The notes under the pieces: generated by a model
Told to the model about the DNA's origin: nothing
Database searches by the model: none
Seen by the model: the letters and a program-made list of their open reading frames with translations, nothing else
Assembly (NCBI RefSeq): GCF_009914755.1
Contig: NC_060929.1
Length of the DNA: 64,000 bases
Source: the human T2T-CHM13v2.0 reference genome, Homo sapiens
Direction: 5' to 3' (one strand)
Shown here: piece after piece, positions 17,596-30,441 of the stretch
Layout of the letters: each line of letters begins with the position of its first letter
Position numbering within the stretch: the first letter of the stretch is position 1
Made by a program: the position numbers and the translations under genes

Positions 17596-17855
17596 TTGAG
17601 TTAATTTTTGTATGACATGTGAGATGTGAGGTTTAGGTCGAGGTTCCTTTTTGCCTATGGATATCCAACTGTTTTTCAGCACCATTTGTTGAAAAGACTA
17701 TCCTTCCTCCACTGAATTGCTTTTGCACTGTTGTAAAAAGTCAGGTGGCCATACTTGTGCTGGGCTATTTCTGGGTTCTCTAGGCTGTTACATTGATCTA
17801 TGCATCTATTCATCTGACAATACCACATAGTCTTTGTGATGGCAGATATATAATA

Positions 17856-18183
17856 CAGTTGGCCGTTGAACAGTGCACAGGTTAGGGGTACCAATGCATA
17901 TTTTGTATGTTATATATTTACAGAGTGTATTCTTACAATAAAGTAAGCTAAAGAAAAGAAAATGTTAAGAAAATCTTCATGAAGGGGAAATATATTTACT
18001 ATTCATTAAGTGGAAGTGGATCATCATAAAGATCTTCATCCTTGTCATCTTCACATTGAGTAGGCTGAGAAGGAGGACGAAGAGAAGGGGTTGGTTTTGC
18101 TGTCTCAGGGACGGCTGAAGCAGAAGAAAATCTGTGTATATGTGGACCCAGACAGTTCAAATCTGTTGTTCAATGGCCAACTG
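17856..18183. mobile_element. Tigger2a-like MITE
   Basis: Terminal inverted repeats CAGTTGGCCGTTGAACA / TGTTCAATGGCCAACTG, preceded by TA. Confidence 0.8.
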
Positions 18184-20604
18184 CAAGTTTTAAAATTAGG
18201 TAAAATAATTCTCCCCATTTTGTTTTTCTTTTAAACATCGTTTTAACTACTACAGTTCATTTACTTTTCCACATACATTTTAGATTAATCTTGTCTATAT
18301 CCATAAAAAAATCTTGCTAGCATTTTAATAGGAATGTGTTAAATCTGTGTATCAATTTGAGAAGAACTGACATTTCTATTACCTTAGAGTCTCCCTTCCA
18401 GTTCATGAACACGGCATGTCTTTTTGTATATTTATTCCATTATCATTCCATCCATATTCCATTATAGGTTTTTTCCATTATCATTTCATAGTTTTTGGCT
18501 TACAAGTCTTATACGTATTTTGTTAGATTTACAATCACGTGTCTCATTTTTCCGGACAATTCTAAATGGTATCATATTTTAAATTTCAGTGTTTATTGAT
18601 AGCATGTAGAAATAAAATATATTTTTGTATGTTGATCTTGTATCCTACAACTTTGTTGAAGTCCCTTATTAGTTTTAGAAGGCTGTTCGTAGATTTAAAA
18701 AAAAATCTTTGTAATTTTTTTTGGAATTTTCTATGTAGATGGAATTTGTCATCTGCAAATAGGGACAGTTTTATTTCTTCCTTTCTAATGTGTACGCATT
18801 TTCTGTCCATTTCTTTCATTATTACTCTGGCAAGACCTCCCATTACTCTCATAGCAGTGGTGAGAACAAGCAGCCTTACCTTGTTCTTGATCTTGGGGAT
18901 CTCATTTAAAACATTTTTTGCTACTTTCTTCTAGCTTCCAATGTTTCTGAAGAGAAACCTGTCCTTTGAATTTTTTTTTTCCCAGAAGTAATGCTTTAAA
19001 AAATTTGCTTTTCAGCTTTCAGAGGTTGAGTTATGATGTGTGTTGGTGAGTATGTGTTCCGTTGTTGGGGTACCTCATTACAGCCTGGCCAGGGTGGAAG
19101 TCCAGGTTCCCTATTCAGCCTTTGCTGGTGGGAGTGAGGGCACAGTTTTCTTCTGTGATTGTTGGTGGAGTAGACGGGTTATTGTTTAAAACCCTTCTGT
19201 CTTGCTGGGCTGCCTATTTCTTGGTTCTTTGGCTACAGAGACCAAGGTTTTGGGAGCTTTTTCCATCTGTGCCCATTGGCATTTCTGGATTGCTGACATC
19301 TCCGTTACCCAGTCTTCATACACCCAAAGATGTATGAAGTAAAAGAAAGTAAAAAGAAACCCAGGGTACTTACTGCTCTGTCCTTCCTCATGTCCCAGGT
19401 CCCTAACCAGTCTGCCTCCTTCTCTCTGCCTTTCAGAGTCATCTTATATTTGTTTTATTCGTAAAGTCCAGAGTTTGTAACTGTATGTAGTGAGAAGAAT
19501 AGCAAAAAAGCATCTCTACTCCATTTTTCTGCAAATGGAAGTCCTTGTTGGGCTTTAATGTCAAGGTGATGCTCGCCACATAAAAGGAGATGGTGACCAC
19601 TTTCTTTTCTCTACAAGCCTTTGTTTCAAGTGAAACTATTCATCCTCACATGTTTATTGGAACTTGCCAGTGAGGCCAGTTGGACCTGAAGGGATTTTTT
19701 TTGTTGTTTTCTTTCTCTCTCTCTCTTTTTTTTAATAGGAAGGTTTTCAATAACACATTTGTTTTTAAAACAGTTATATTCTGTTTTCTTCTATTTTTCT
19801 TATGTATTACATATTACATATATATCTTTCTATAAGTTATCTATTTTATATAAATTTTCAAATTTGTGAACATAGTTATATAAAATATATACATTGTCAT
19901 TTTTAAATATCAACCATTTTCCTCAAATTTTATTTATAAATTATTTAAAGGACATTACTAACCAGCATTCTTTCAGTAAATTATTTTCCCCCTTAGTTAG
20001 CCAGAGTTGGTCAGAGTTGGATTCTCTTACTCATAAACAAAACACCCTAACTAATACACTTATTGTCCAGAAAATGGAGAGACATGTATAGTGTAGTTGC
20101 GGCAAATTGCTTTTCAATAAATTTCCACAAAAAATCTATTCCTTCTGTTTTCTGAGAGATACCTAGAGCCTGATTTAAGAGGTGTGAGCTAAGGCCCTCC
20201 CGTTTCTTTTCGACACACTGCTAACAATTGTGTTCTCAGCAATAGGAACTGAAAAGTGTCCATACAACTCATAAATTGTTCCCACTTCAATAGAACAGAA
20301 ATTACTTTGCTTTTCAGGAGTTACTACAAAAAGTCCTAGAGAAAGAAAAAAGAAAAAAACAAAAACAGAATCCCAAAAAAGTCCTAGAGAGTGAGAGGAA
20401 GGAATGCTTTTTCAGTTGCTTCACATTTAGAATCCCATTCTAGCTTTGAATTTTCCATACAGTACTTGGCATAGAGTAGCACTAAATATATGATTTCTAT
20501 GATTTTTGCATATATTCTTGAATGATGAGGGTTATTTGCATTTTGTAATTTTTAATCATACATTTTCCTAAAAACGATATACAGAGGAAATACATGAATG
20601 GTTT

Positions 20605-20623
20605 TGGCTCCCTCTGCTGGCCA
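20605..20623 (-). promoter_or_regulatory. Candidate CTCF site (TGGCCAGCAGAGGGAGCCA)
   Basis: Close match to the CTCF core motif, in AT-rich and apparently unique sequence. Confidence 0.55.
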
Positions 20624-20771
20624 TTTATATGCACTTTAGGTTTTACACAGAACAAAATCAAGACCACTTTTTCAAATGGATTTGGAATTTTTTCAAAAAG
20701 ATTATTTAAGGCTGGGTACCATGAGATTTTTATCTTTTCTTTGGAATAAAAGATGATTTTCTCAAGATTTT

Positions 20772-21070
20772 GTTTCTTTTTTTAAAAGTCAGGGTCTCAC
20801 TTTGTTGCCCAGGCTGGAGTGCACAATCATAGCTCACTGTAACCTCAAATTCCTGGGCTCAGATGATCCTCCTGCTTTAGCCTCCTGAGTAGCTGGGACT
20901 ACAGGTGAGAGCCACCACGCCCGGTTAACTTTTAATTGTATTTAACTTTTTAAGATCAGGGCTCGAGTGCTATGTTGCCCAGGCTGGTCTCTAATGCCTG
21001 GCCTCAAATGATCCTCCTGCCTCAGTCCTCCAAAGCCCTGGGATTACAGGTGTGAGCCACCATGCCTGGC
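20772..21070 (-). mobile_element. Alu (AluJ-like)
   Basis: Antisense dimer with J-type ATCATAGCTCACTG and GGGCTCAGATGATCC. Confidence 0.88.
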
Positions 21071-22410
21071 ACTATTTAAACTTTTCAATTTAATTTTTCA
21101 AATTTATACTTCAAAAAACTTTAACATTATAACTGTTATAACATTATAACTTTAAAAAAGGATACATTTAGCACAATAAATGAAGTTTAGAAAATGTTTT
21201 AGATAAAAGGCCTGACTCCTGCTATGTCTCTTTCTCAAGCTGTCTGTGGTGAAGGTACCCAGTTATAGAGACTGATGCCATTCCATATTGCCATAACAAT
21301 GCCTCCCTCAGTCCAGTCAATTCCTCGGCCATTCTCCAAAGCAGCTATTTAAACGTTTGGCCTTTTTAACTCCCGACTTCTTTATCCTCTTCTCAATATT
21401 GCTGTTTTCTTGGAAATGATAGAGACCATCCGATACATAACTTTGACATTCTGATTTTTTCTCCTGCCCCCAATCCTACTAAGAGTCTCTATCCATACCT
21501 CTTTTTTGCCTCCACTCTTGTAGTTTCAGTGAAACAACTTTCTCTCCTGTTAAAGGACAGTCAATTGGGATGGATCCCTTTTCCCTGGGTTCTTTAGGAA
21601 CAGCACTGTATGAAACATTATCATCTCTCTCTTTTCTATATCTTTGTTGGCTTTTAATGATCATGTGATCATACACTTATTGTTTACGTCAGCTGGGATC
21701 TTTCAACTGCAAACAGCTCTGGCTAATTTAAGCAAAAAAAAAAGGGGGTGGGGGGCACTAGATCTAAGAAAATGCAGAAAAGGTTGGCCTCAGGAAGAAA
21801 AGGCACCAGGCCAGTTTTATGAGCTGGGTAGCCACACATCATGAAGCAGGGACCAACCATCAGAAACTTTGCTGAGCTGGGGGAGAGAGCTGAACTGCCA
21901 GGTGTCAGACTAGTTAAAACAACAAGACAAATGTGAAAGAGGTAAGGGTGTAATCACTTACTGTGATGGTATATGCAAGAATCTAAAAGGAGATTGCTGT
22001 GAGATTTAATGAGATAATGCTTGTAAAGCATCAGAAACAATCCTGGGTACACAGCAAACATAACCTGATAAATGATGGCTATCGTTACGTATTCAGAGCA
22101 TCCACAGTGCCCTGTATTCAGATGAATCATGACACTTTTTCACTTCACTGTTGTTTTGTGGCCTCATACTGATGTGTAAGTTCCTTAGAAGCTTAGGAGA
22201 AGGGATTGTGTTTTTTAAGCGCAAGATCCCTAGCACAGAGCTTGGCACAAGGTAGATATTCAATAAATGCATGCTGGATAATGGTAAGAGACAACCTGGA
22301 TTACATGTTAAGCGCATATGAAAGTAAAGTAAAATAGGTGTGGTTACAAAAGGTCCTCTAGGTTTCCTAAATAGTAGCATAAATTATTTACATTAAAATA
22401 TTTGATTATT

Positions 22411-22527
22411 AACAGGCATGGAGGTGCATGCCTGTAATCCCAGCTACTGGGGAGGCTTAGGCAGGCAGACTCCCTGAGCTTAGGAGTTTGAGATCAGCCT
22501 GGGCAACATAGTCAGGCCCCATCTCAA
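22411..22527 (+). mobile_element. Alu monomer (FLAM-like)
   Basis: Single 7SL-derived arm: GCCTGTAATCCCAGCTACT...AGGAGTTTGAGATCAGCCTGGGCAACATAG. Confidence 0.75.
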
Positions 22528-22740
22528 CCATATCATCTTGGTTATCATTTTTACTTTTTCAAATACTGACTCCTTGTATAAATAGAATTTGAGAGTCTGT
22601 CAGACAAAAACTTTTCCTTTCCTTTGTTGTCCTATGACCACCACCACCAGCATCCTCATCGCCAACATAATTGTCTTCAAGTGCTTTAAGCAATCATTGA
22701 ATAATAATCTTCTTGGTTAGTTTGTCCAGCAAGAAATCCC

Positions 22741-23342
22741 TGTTGCACGTTAGATTCCTCAGGAAGCAGAATCTGAGATGAGATTCACAAGCAGGAAGTT
22801 GAGTGCTGTTGAGTTGAATGCTTAGAAGGGATAGAAAGGAAACAGGGTTGGGTAGAGGGAGAGATTGGGCTGCAATGCAGTCACAATAAGCCCTCAGCTG
22901 GCCCCCCAGGAGCTGCGAATTGGAAATGGCTCTTCAGTGTTGTTCCAAGTTGATATCAAAAGGACACAGTGGTGTGCTAGAACTGACTCATTCCAGCTTG
23001 GGAGGTGATTGTGTGCATCTCTTCCCCAATGGCCATTCATTGATCACACTTTGGTACTTGATAGGGGCTATAGTAGAAACATCAACACTATAGAAACTGG
23101 TTAAATGCTACAAATTAGGGCATTTTTCTCTCTTCAGAGATCTGGTTGTTAAATATTACCAGTCAGATACAGACTGCACTGAGAAGTGGACGTGGCCTTG
23201 GGCTAAGTGGTACTCTTTAGGTGAGGCAATTCCTGAAGAGGACTGACAGCTCAGCAGTGTCAGTCAGCACCCTTCACTGCAGCTGTGAGAATACATCCTT
23301 CCCTCAAAGGGAGGCTTTGGGTGGCACCGCATAGCATTCACA
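22741..23342 (-). mobile_element. ERVL LTR (LTR16-like) interrupted by a hAT MITE (MER63-like, about 22967-23171)
   Basis: TTCCTCAGGAAGCAGAATCTGAGATG...GGCTCTTCAGTGTTGTTCC resembles antisense LTR16. The inner element starts CAGTGGTGTGCT and ends GGTTGTTAAATATTACCAG. Confidence 0.55.
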
Positions 23343-23479
23343 ATGGTGCCTGTGACGGATTTGTGCTGCTATGGAAAGTGTAACGGTGATAATATTTCTA
23401 AGTTTTGTAAGTGTCATTTTGACAGTAGTACTCCTTTCATAATTCAAAAAGTTGAAAATAGTTAATAGGTTTAAAATAA

Positions 23480-24530
23480 ATAAACTTTATCTTCTACAAC
23501 TGTTTTAGAAACAGAAAAATTGTGAAGACTGTAAAAGTGGCCATATACTCCACACCCAATTTCCCGTATTACTGACAAATGAGTACGGCATATTTGTTAA
23601 AATGAAGGAACCAATAATAAGAAATTATTGTTAACCAAAGTCCATGCTTTATCCATATTTCTTACTTATTGCCCAGTGTCCTTTTTGTGTTCCAGGATCC
23701 CACTGAAAATACCACATTACATTTAGTCATCGTGTCTCTTTAGGCTCTTCTGGACTGTGATAGTTTCTTGGGCTTTTCTTGTTTTTGATGACCTTGACAG
23801 TTTTGAGGAGTCCTAGTCAAGTATTTTGTAGAATGTCCCCTTGGAATTTGTCTGACATTTTTCTCATAATGAAACCAGAGTTATGGGTTTCTGGAAGAAG
23901 ACACAAAGACCAATTGCCATTTTCATGACACCATACCAAGAGTACTTACTAGCAACATGATTCATCACTGATAATGTTGGCCTTGATCACCTGGTTGAGG
24001 TGGTGTTTGTCAGGATTCTTCACTGTAAAGTGACTCTACCCCTACCACCCTTACAAACTGCACTCTTTGGAAAGAAGTCACTATGTGTAGCCTATAATTA
24101 AGGAGTAGAGAGTTATGCTTCCCTCTCTTCAGGGATGGGTATTTATATAAATTATTTGTAATTTTACGCAGGAAATTTTGTCTTCTCTCCCTTCTATTTA
24201 CTCAATAATTATTCAATTATTTAAATAATGGAATAATTTATTAAATTATTTGTTTAGATCAGTATGGACTTGTGGATATTCATTTTATCATTTGGTTTTA
24301 AGCTATTAGGAGTTTTTTTCAGTTGCGTTCTATGGTCCTTTAACATATCTGAATCATTGTGAGTTTTAAAATTTTATTTTAAATTTTTAGCACTTCCTTA
24401 CTCCCTGCACTACAAGGTGTCCCAGGCTCATTTTGTACTTACTGCCCCAGTCCTAGAATCAGCCATTTCTCCAACAAGTCCAGGTTCTTTTTATTGGAGA
24501 ATATTAGAAACCAAGATTAGGGCACTAGGT
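23480..24530 (-). mobile_element. L1MC-like 3' UTR fragment
   Basis: TGTGTTCCAGGATCCCA...CCACATTACATTTAGTCATCGTGTCTC...CTTGACAGTTTTGAGGAGT is typical of antisense L1MC 3' ends. Confidence 0.7.
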
Positions 24531-26504
24531 GTGATTGAGTTAATAGGCTTTCACACTAAAGTTAAACCTCAAATCAAATGTTCCACAATTATATATTTAC
24601 CAAGTTGACCTTGATGAACAAATTCTGCCATACAAAAATAAGGAAAAGTCATGAAGGAATCAAAAAAAATTTTATACACACATTTGAAACACAGTATTTT
24701 ACCATTAGTTTGTCGAAACATGAAAGTATTGTGAAGCGTCTTGAATTCTGGAAAGACAGCTATGAAAATACAGTATTTCAACTCATTTTTCAAGATCTCA
24801 GTAAAACTTACTAACTTCAAAGTAGAATAAATCAAGGAATCAAATAAAGTTATGTGTTTAGGGAAACACTATTTCTCTTTGAATGTAGTGTTCACAGATT
24901 TCTGCATCCTTAGACATACCATTTAACTAAATTGGCTGTCCAACCGAGAGCTTAAATCTTCACTGTAAAAGGGTTTGAAATAGTTTTATTTTATCTATCC
25001 CAGGCACCCATATGATACTGGGTATGATGAGGTCTCTAAAGAAGTCTAAGGATGGATCTATGCCTTTACAACAGTTGGCTAATGAAGAAAGGCAATCATA
25101 TAGAATTCCTTGCTAAAATGTTTGCTTCATATAAGAAACCCTCTCAAAGTCCAGAGAAGAAGGTGAGTAGGTGGTGTACATTTTAGAAAGTGTGAACTGA
25201 GTTGGATCTTGAAGTCTTGAAGGTTTGGTTTCTCCACACAGATGCTATTGGCACCTTGGGTGGATAATTCATCATTGTGTGAGACTGTGATTCCTGCTAT
25301 GTATCAGTAACATTTGTAAGGCATTGGAACAACTCAAATACCTCTACATATTCCCTTCTGGAGATGTAGGAACTGTGGGGAGAGTATATTACAAAGAAGA
25401 GACTACAAAACTAGACACAACTGAGAATGGGCATGGCATGCTGGAACAATGAGGAGACTGGGTAGAGTCATTCAAATAATCTGTATTTACCTATGGCTCT
25501 AAGGGGCAGATTGGAACCTCTCGAGCTCTTTGGCTTGTTAGAAGCACCACTTTGTCTTTAGCAATGCCACGCCGACTCTGATCCTGAAGGAAAGTAACTG
25601 TACCCATCTTGTTAATTTACTAATCTAAGCAAACTGTAAAGAAAAAACTTTTTAAAATCTTGTGTAAATAAAAAATAGGCAGTTACTCTGAAGAGATATA
25701 TTTGCCTTTTTCCCAAATGCAATAATATTAATAATTTACTTTAGACCTTTCATTTAACACACAAAAATCTTAAGTATATTTTGATAATAATAAATTAATA
25801 TTATTTACAAATTACCATAAGAATGATGTTAATGTTAGGTCCCACAAAGAATTTTTCTTGGCATGTAAAATATGTTAGTACCTAATATAAAATATCCTGG
25901 GCACATAACTAATTATCTTGGTCTTCATGATCTTTTGAATAGTAACTGATGGTAAAAATAATTAATTCTCATCATTGGAAGTTCAAGTAATACAGAGAAG
26001 GTAAAAACTTACAGAAAATCTCACCAGCCTGAAATAATTGTGGACATTAACCAAACCTAATTTTAGTAATCACTGTATGCATATTTATATCTAGATCTCA
26101 ATCTATATGCTATATATCTAATATATGTGATACAGATATATAGAAATGATTTTATTAAAGTGGAAAAGAGAAGAAAAAAAACTATAGAAATTGCTGTATA
26201 TTAAAGAGTTGTTTCCTTAACAAAGAGATGTTTGTCCCTAAAATATTCCTCTAAGATGGGGGTCACAAACTTAAATGCCTTTAGGCATAGGGACTTTATG
26301 ACTCATGCAGCAAACTATAAAAATTAAGTTGCTTCTATTGTTTTCAAAATAAGAATCTCTCTGGTTACATTGTCTATGTCATCACTGAGTAGGTTAAACA
26401 AAATAAGCAAGCACAGTATTTCTATAGCCCATGAGCCATATTCAGACTAGAGTTCTCTAGAGTGCCACCTCTGCAAAGTTTTAAAGAGATTACGGAAACA
26501 TTTG

Positions 26505-26771
26505 GGGCCTGGCATGGTGGCTCATGCCTGTAATCCCAGCACTTTGGGAGGCTGAGGTGGGCAGATCAAGAGGTCAGGAGATTGAGACCATCCTGGATAA
26601 CATAGTGAAACCACATCTCTACTAAAAATACAAAAAATTAGCCAGGCGTGGTGGCGGGCACCTGTAGTCCCAGCTACTCAGGAGGCTGAGGCAGGAGAAT
26701 GGCATGAACCCAGGAGGCGGAGCTTGCAGTGGGTGACAGAGTGAGACTCCAACTCAAAAAAAAAAAAAAAA
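26505..26771 (+). mobile_element. AluY with a right-arm deletion of about 31 bp
   Basis: Y diagnostics GAGAATGGCATGAACCC and GGAGCTTGCAGTG. TSD AGATTA[C/T]GGAAACATTT at 26487-26503 and 26772-26788. Confidence 0.92.
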
Positions 26772-27551
26772 AGATTATGGAAACATTTTAAGATGTTATA
26801 ATCAATTTATTTTTTAAATAATGTATTTCATTTTAATTTTTTAAATTTTGTTGGGACATAGTAGGTATAGATATTTATGGGGCACTGTTGTATTTCTTTA
26901 AGAGAATGTTTGATTCATAGCATTTGCTTTGAAAGATAAAGAAATAAGTACTCTTAAAACTTTATTCCACCCAATTTTGTCCATTTAAAAATCAGTTGTC
27001 TAAGCTATATGATGATTCTATATTATCAAACATTATAACATTTCTACTTAATTTCATAAATTAACTAAATTTTAGTTTTATATGGATTTAATGTTCACTA
27101 CATGCCACAGCATCTCTGCTACTGAGTTCTGTATTTTCATTAATCTCTTGGTTGGCTTGTTCTCAACTATTAGTTTTAACAAAAAGAGCCCATGAAAACT
27201 ATGAATGCAGCCACGCTTAGTAAGATCTGACTTTTGCTTTAATATTGAATAGCATGTTCGCTTTTCTCGACCCTTTGTAGACATTGCTATGAAGAAGTCT
27301 GAAAGTTGTTGATTATTTTACTCTTGTAAGTGACATGCTTTTTTCACCATGTCGCTTGAATAAATTTTTCTTTATCCTTGGAATTTGATAATTTTACCAG
27401 AATCTGTCCCATAATCATCATATTCTATCAGTTTTTCCAAAAAATAATTTGCTCTTTCATTAGACTGTATATTCAGTTTTTCTGACATTACAGAGAAATG
27501 GTCTTCTATTAAATATTTGTTTTGATCATCCTACAGAGGCAAAATGGACTT

Positions 27552-28287
27552 TGTACACCAAGTTTGGTTAGGTGTTGATATGGTTTGGCTGTGTCCCCAC
27601 CCACGTCTCACCTTGAATTGTAGCTCCCATAATTCCCTCATGTTGTGGGAGGGACTCACTGGGAGATAATTAAATCATGGGGGCGGTTCCCCCACACTGT
27701 TCTTGTGGTGGTGAATAAGCCTCATGAGATCTGCTGGTTTTATAAGGGGAAACCACTTTCACTTGGCTCATTCTTGTCTGCTGCCATATGAGACATGACT
27801 TTTGCCTTCTGCCATGATTGTGAGGCCTCCCCAGCCACGTGGAACTATGAGTCCATTAAACCTCCTTCTTTTGTAAATTGCCCAGTCTTGGGTATGTCTT
27901 TATCAGCAGTGTGAAAACAGACTGACACAGGTGTCTAGACTGATGATGCCATTCATGCAGCAGGGAGGTATGTAACAAGATTTATTACTTACCTAATGAG
28001 GTTTTCTGGGGAGAGCAGAGCAGACTCTCAAGCAAAACCAAAAATGGCTTACGACAGCAGGGAAGGCCAATTGGCCTGGGGCTTTATGGTGGTTGGGGGT
28101 CGGGCCAGGATGAGGTTTCCCTGTTGCAGTCAGGGGCTTACGTGGCTTGAATTTCTCATCAGTGCCAGAGAAGGAAACAGCTGGGCTTAACACTTTGCCC
28201 AGATGTGGGGCAGAAGGGGAAGAGGGAGTAGTGGGGCTTGAAATCTGTCAGCCAACATCAAAAATGGAGTCAGACTCCTTATTATCA
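27552..28287 (-). mobile_element. Older ERVL-class LTR (MER74/LTR53-like) hosting a THE1 LTR
   Basis: Minus strand begins TGATAATAAGGAGTCTGACTCCATTTTTGATG and has AATAAA near its 3' end (plus strand TTTATT near 27982). Confidence 0.5.
27576..27929 (+). mobile_element. THE1 (THE1C-like) MaLR solo LTR
   Basis: TGATATGGTTTGGCTGTGTCCCC ... ACAGACTGACACA with a perfect 5-bp TSD GGTGT at 27571-27575 and 27930-27934. Confidence 0.92.
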
Positions 28288-30081
28288 TATTTGAAAGTAT
28301 TTTTGTGTCTATTTGTTGGGTTCTTTGCCTTGGAGACAGTAATCTTTAGGTTGGTTTTTGTTATTAGTATCTACTTTGTGTTTGTCTCATTCTTTGCATT
28401 CACTCTGAATAGCCCCTCTGCCCTGTCCATAATTCAATTTAAAATTGTGTGCAGTCTTTTCCTTGCAGTTTCTAATTTACATCATTAGAAATGGTGTTTT
28501 TAATCCTTTCTTTCTTTGATTTCCGTGTTTTACATCTAATTTTGATATTTTGTCAAGTTGTCTTTTAGCTCGTTTCACTGAATTAATTTCCTTCTTAAGT
28601 TCTATCTCAAGAAGGATTCAAGTGGAATTTTTGTTTTTTGCATACTCTATACCTTTTATGTATTTTCCTGTAAAATTATTACACAACTGTCATGGCATTT
28701 CTTCCTATCCTACTTGTGTTTAGCATGAACAGCTCTGCCCAGACCTCTATTTTCTCTGGTATGTCTTCTTGGTTCTTTTTAATGTGAGATTGATTTGTCT
28801 TTCCATCTATGCTAGCTTGATGACTCAATATTCCATTCTACTTTTTAATAAAAGCTTAGGGTTGAGGGTAGCATTTATTAGTGGCTTTAGTTTTTACTTT
28901 CTTAGTTCTGAGATTTTGTCAACTGTCTTGTATCAAGATTCACTTGACTGGTATGGGCATGTCCAGTAGCTAAGGGGGTATCCCCCAGGCTTCAGATCAG
29001 TCCTCCTTTAATGGTAGAGTCCCGGAACCTCTGATTCTTCCTGAGTCAGCCCTGGTTTTTACTTCCCCATTTCATTCTTTCATTTCCACTTAGTATAGAG
29101 AAAGAATCAGAGTGCCTGTGGGTTTCAGCCAGTGTTAACATTAAGGCAGGCAGGGTGAGGGAAGGCTATTTTCACTGTAGCTTCAATGTAATCATCTTTT
29201 CCACTGGCTTTTTGTGTGGGTGTCTTATTTTTTATTTTCTCTTTTATCTTCAACTTTCATAGCTTCCTATTCATCATTTGAGATAATTAGATGTATTTTG
29301 TTTTTCTGCCTTTTTGCTCTACTTTTTCCCTCACTCAGATACATCAAAAGAGTGACCTCCGGAGCTTCCTCTGGACTCCGCTAGTCCTGCATCAGCCTCA
29401 GGCATTTATATTCTCCAGGTATTTTCCATGATTTCTTCTTGGCTGACTATATACCTCCAATTCTGCTCCTCTCCAAGTTTGGGGATATAAAGAGAACGCT
29501 CATGGTTTTGTGGAAACCTTCTTTTCCTAGCACAGTTTCAGCAAGTTGGGGACCACCTTTAGGATCCAGCTTAGCTAAGGCAGAAGTTCGGTTTCTTTTC
29601 TCGTCAGATCATTTTTCAAGTGTAGTATTAACTTATGCTTGTTTGTTTGTTTGCTGTTAATAAGTTGATTTCTTTTTCCTGTTGTCTATTTATGATGTTT
29701 ACTTTTTTTAGTTTTTTTTACTAGCTGTGGTGTAAAAGGGAGTCTGTAATCTTGCCTCACTCTGACATGTCCACCGATTCTTTTCAAATGGTGTTCACAG
29801 GTGAAAATTACTGAAGAAAGCACTCTGTCTTTCACACATCCTATGTGTAAATATCGGTCCTGTTAATGGCACAGACCTCTGGGAGGCAGGACGGGAAAAA
29901 CTAGGTGCAAATGAAAATGGACGAGTGATAATTTGAGATGGTCTTCAACTTTTAAGTTTGAGAATACATTAGGAGGGGATCTGTTCATATATTATAAAGT
30001 GTATTTTTGCTACATTTTAATAAATATTTCCCTCTCATCCTCTTCCCCACCCTCCATTTGTTTAAGGGTGGGTGAACATAA

Positions 30082-30441
<360 letters not shown>

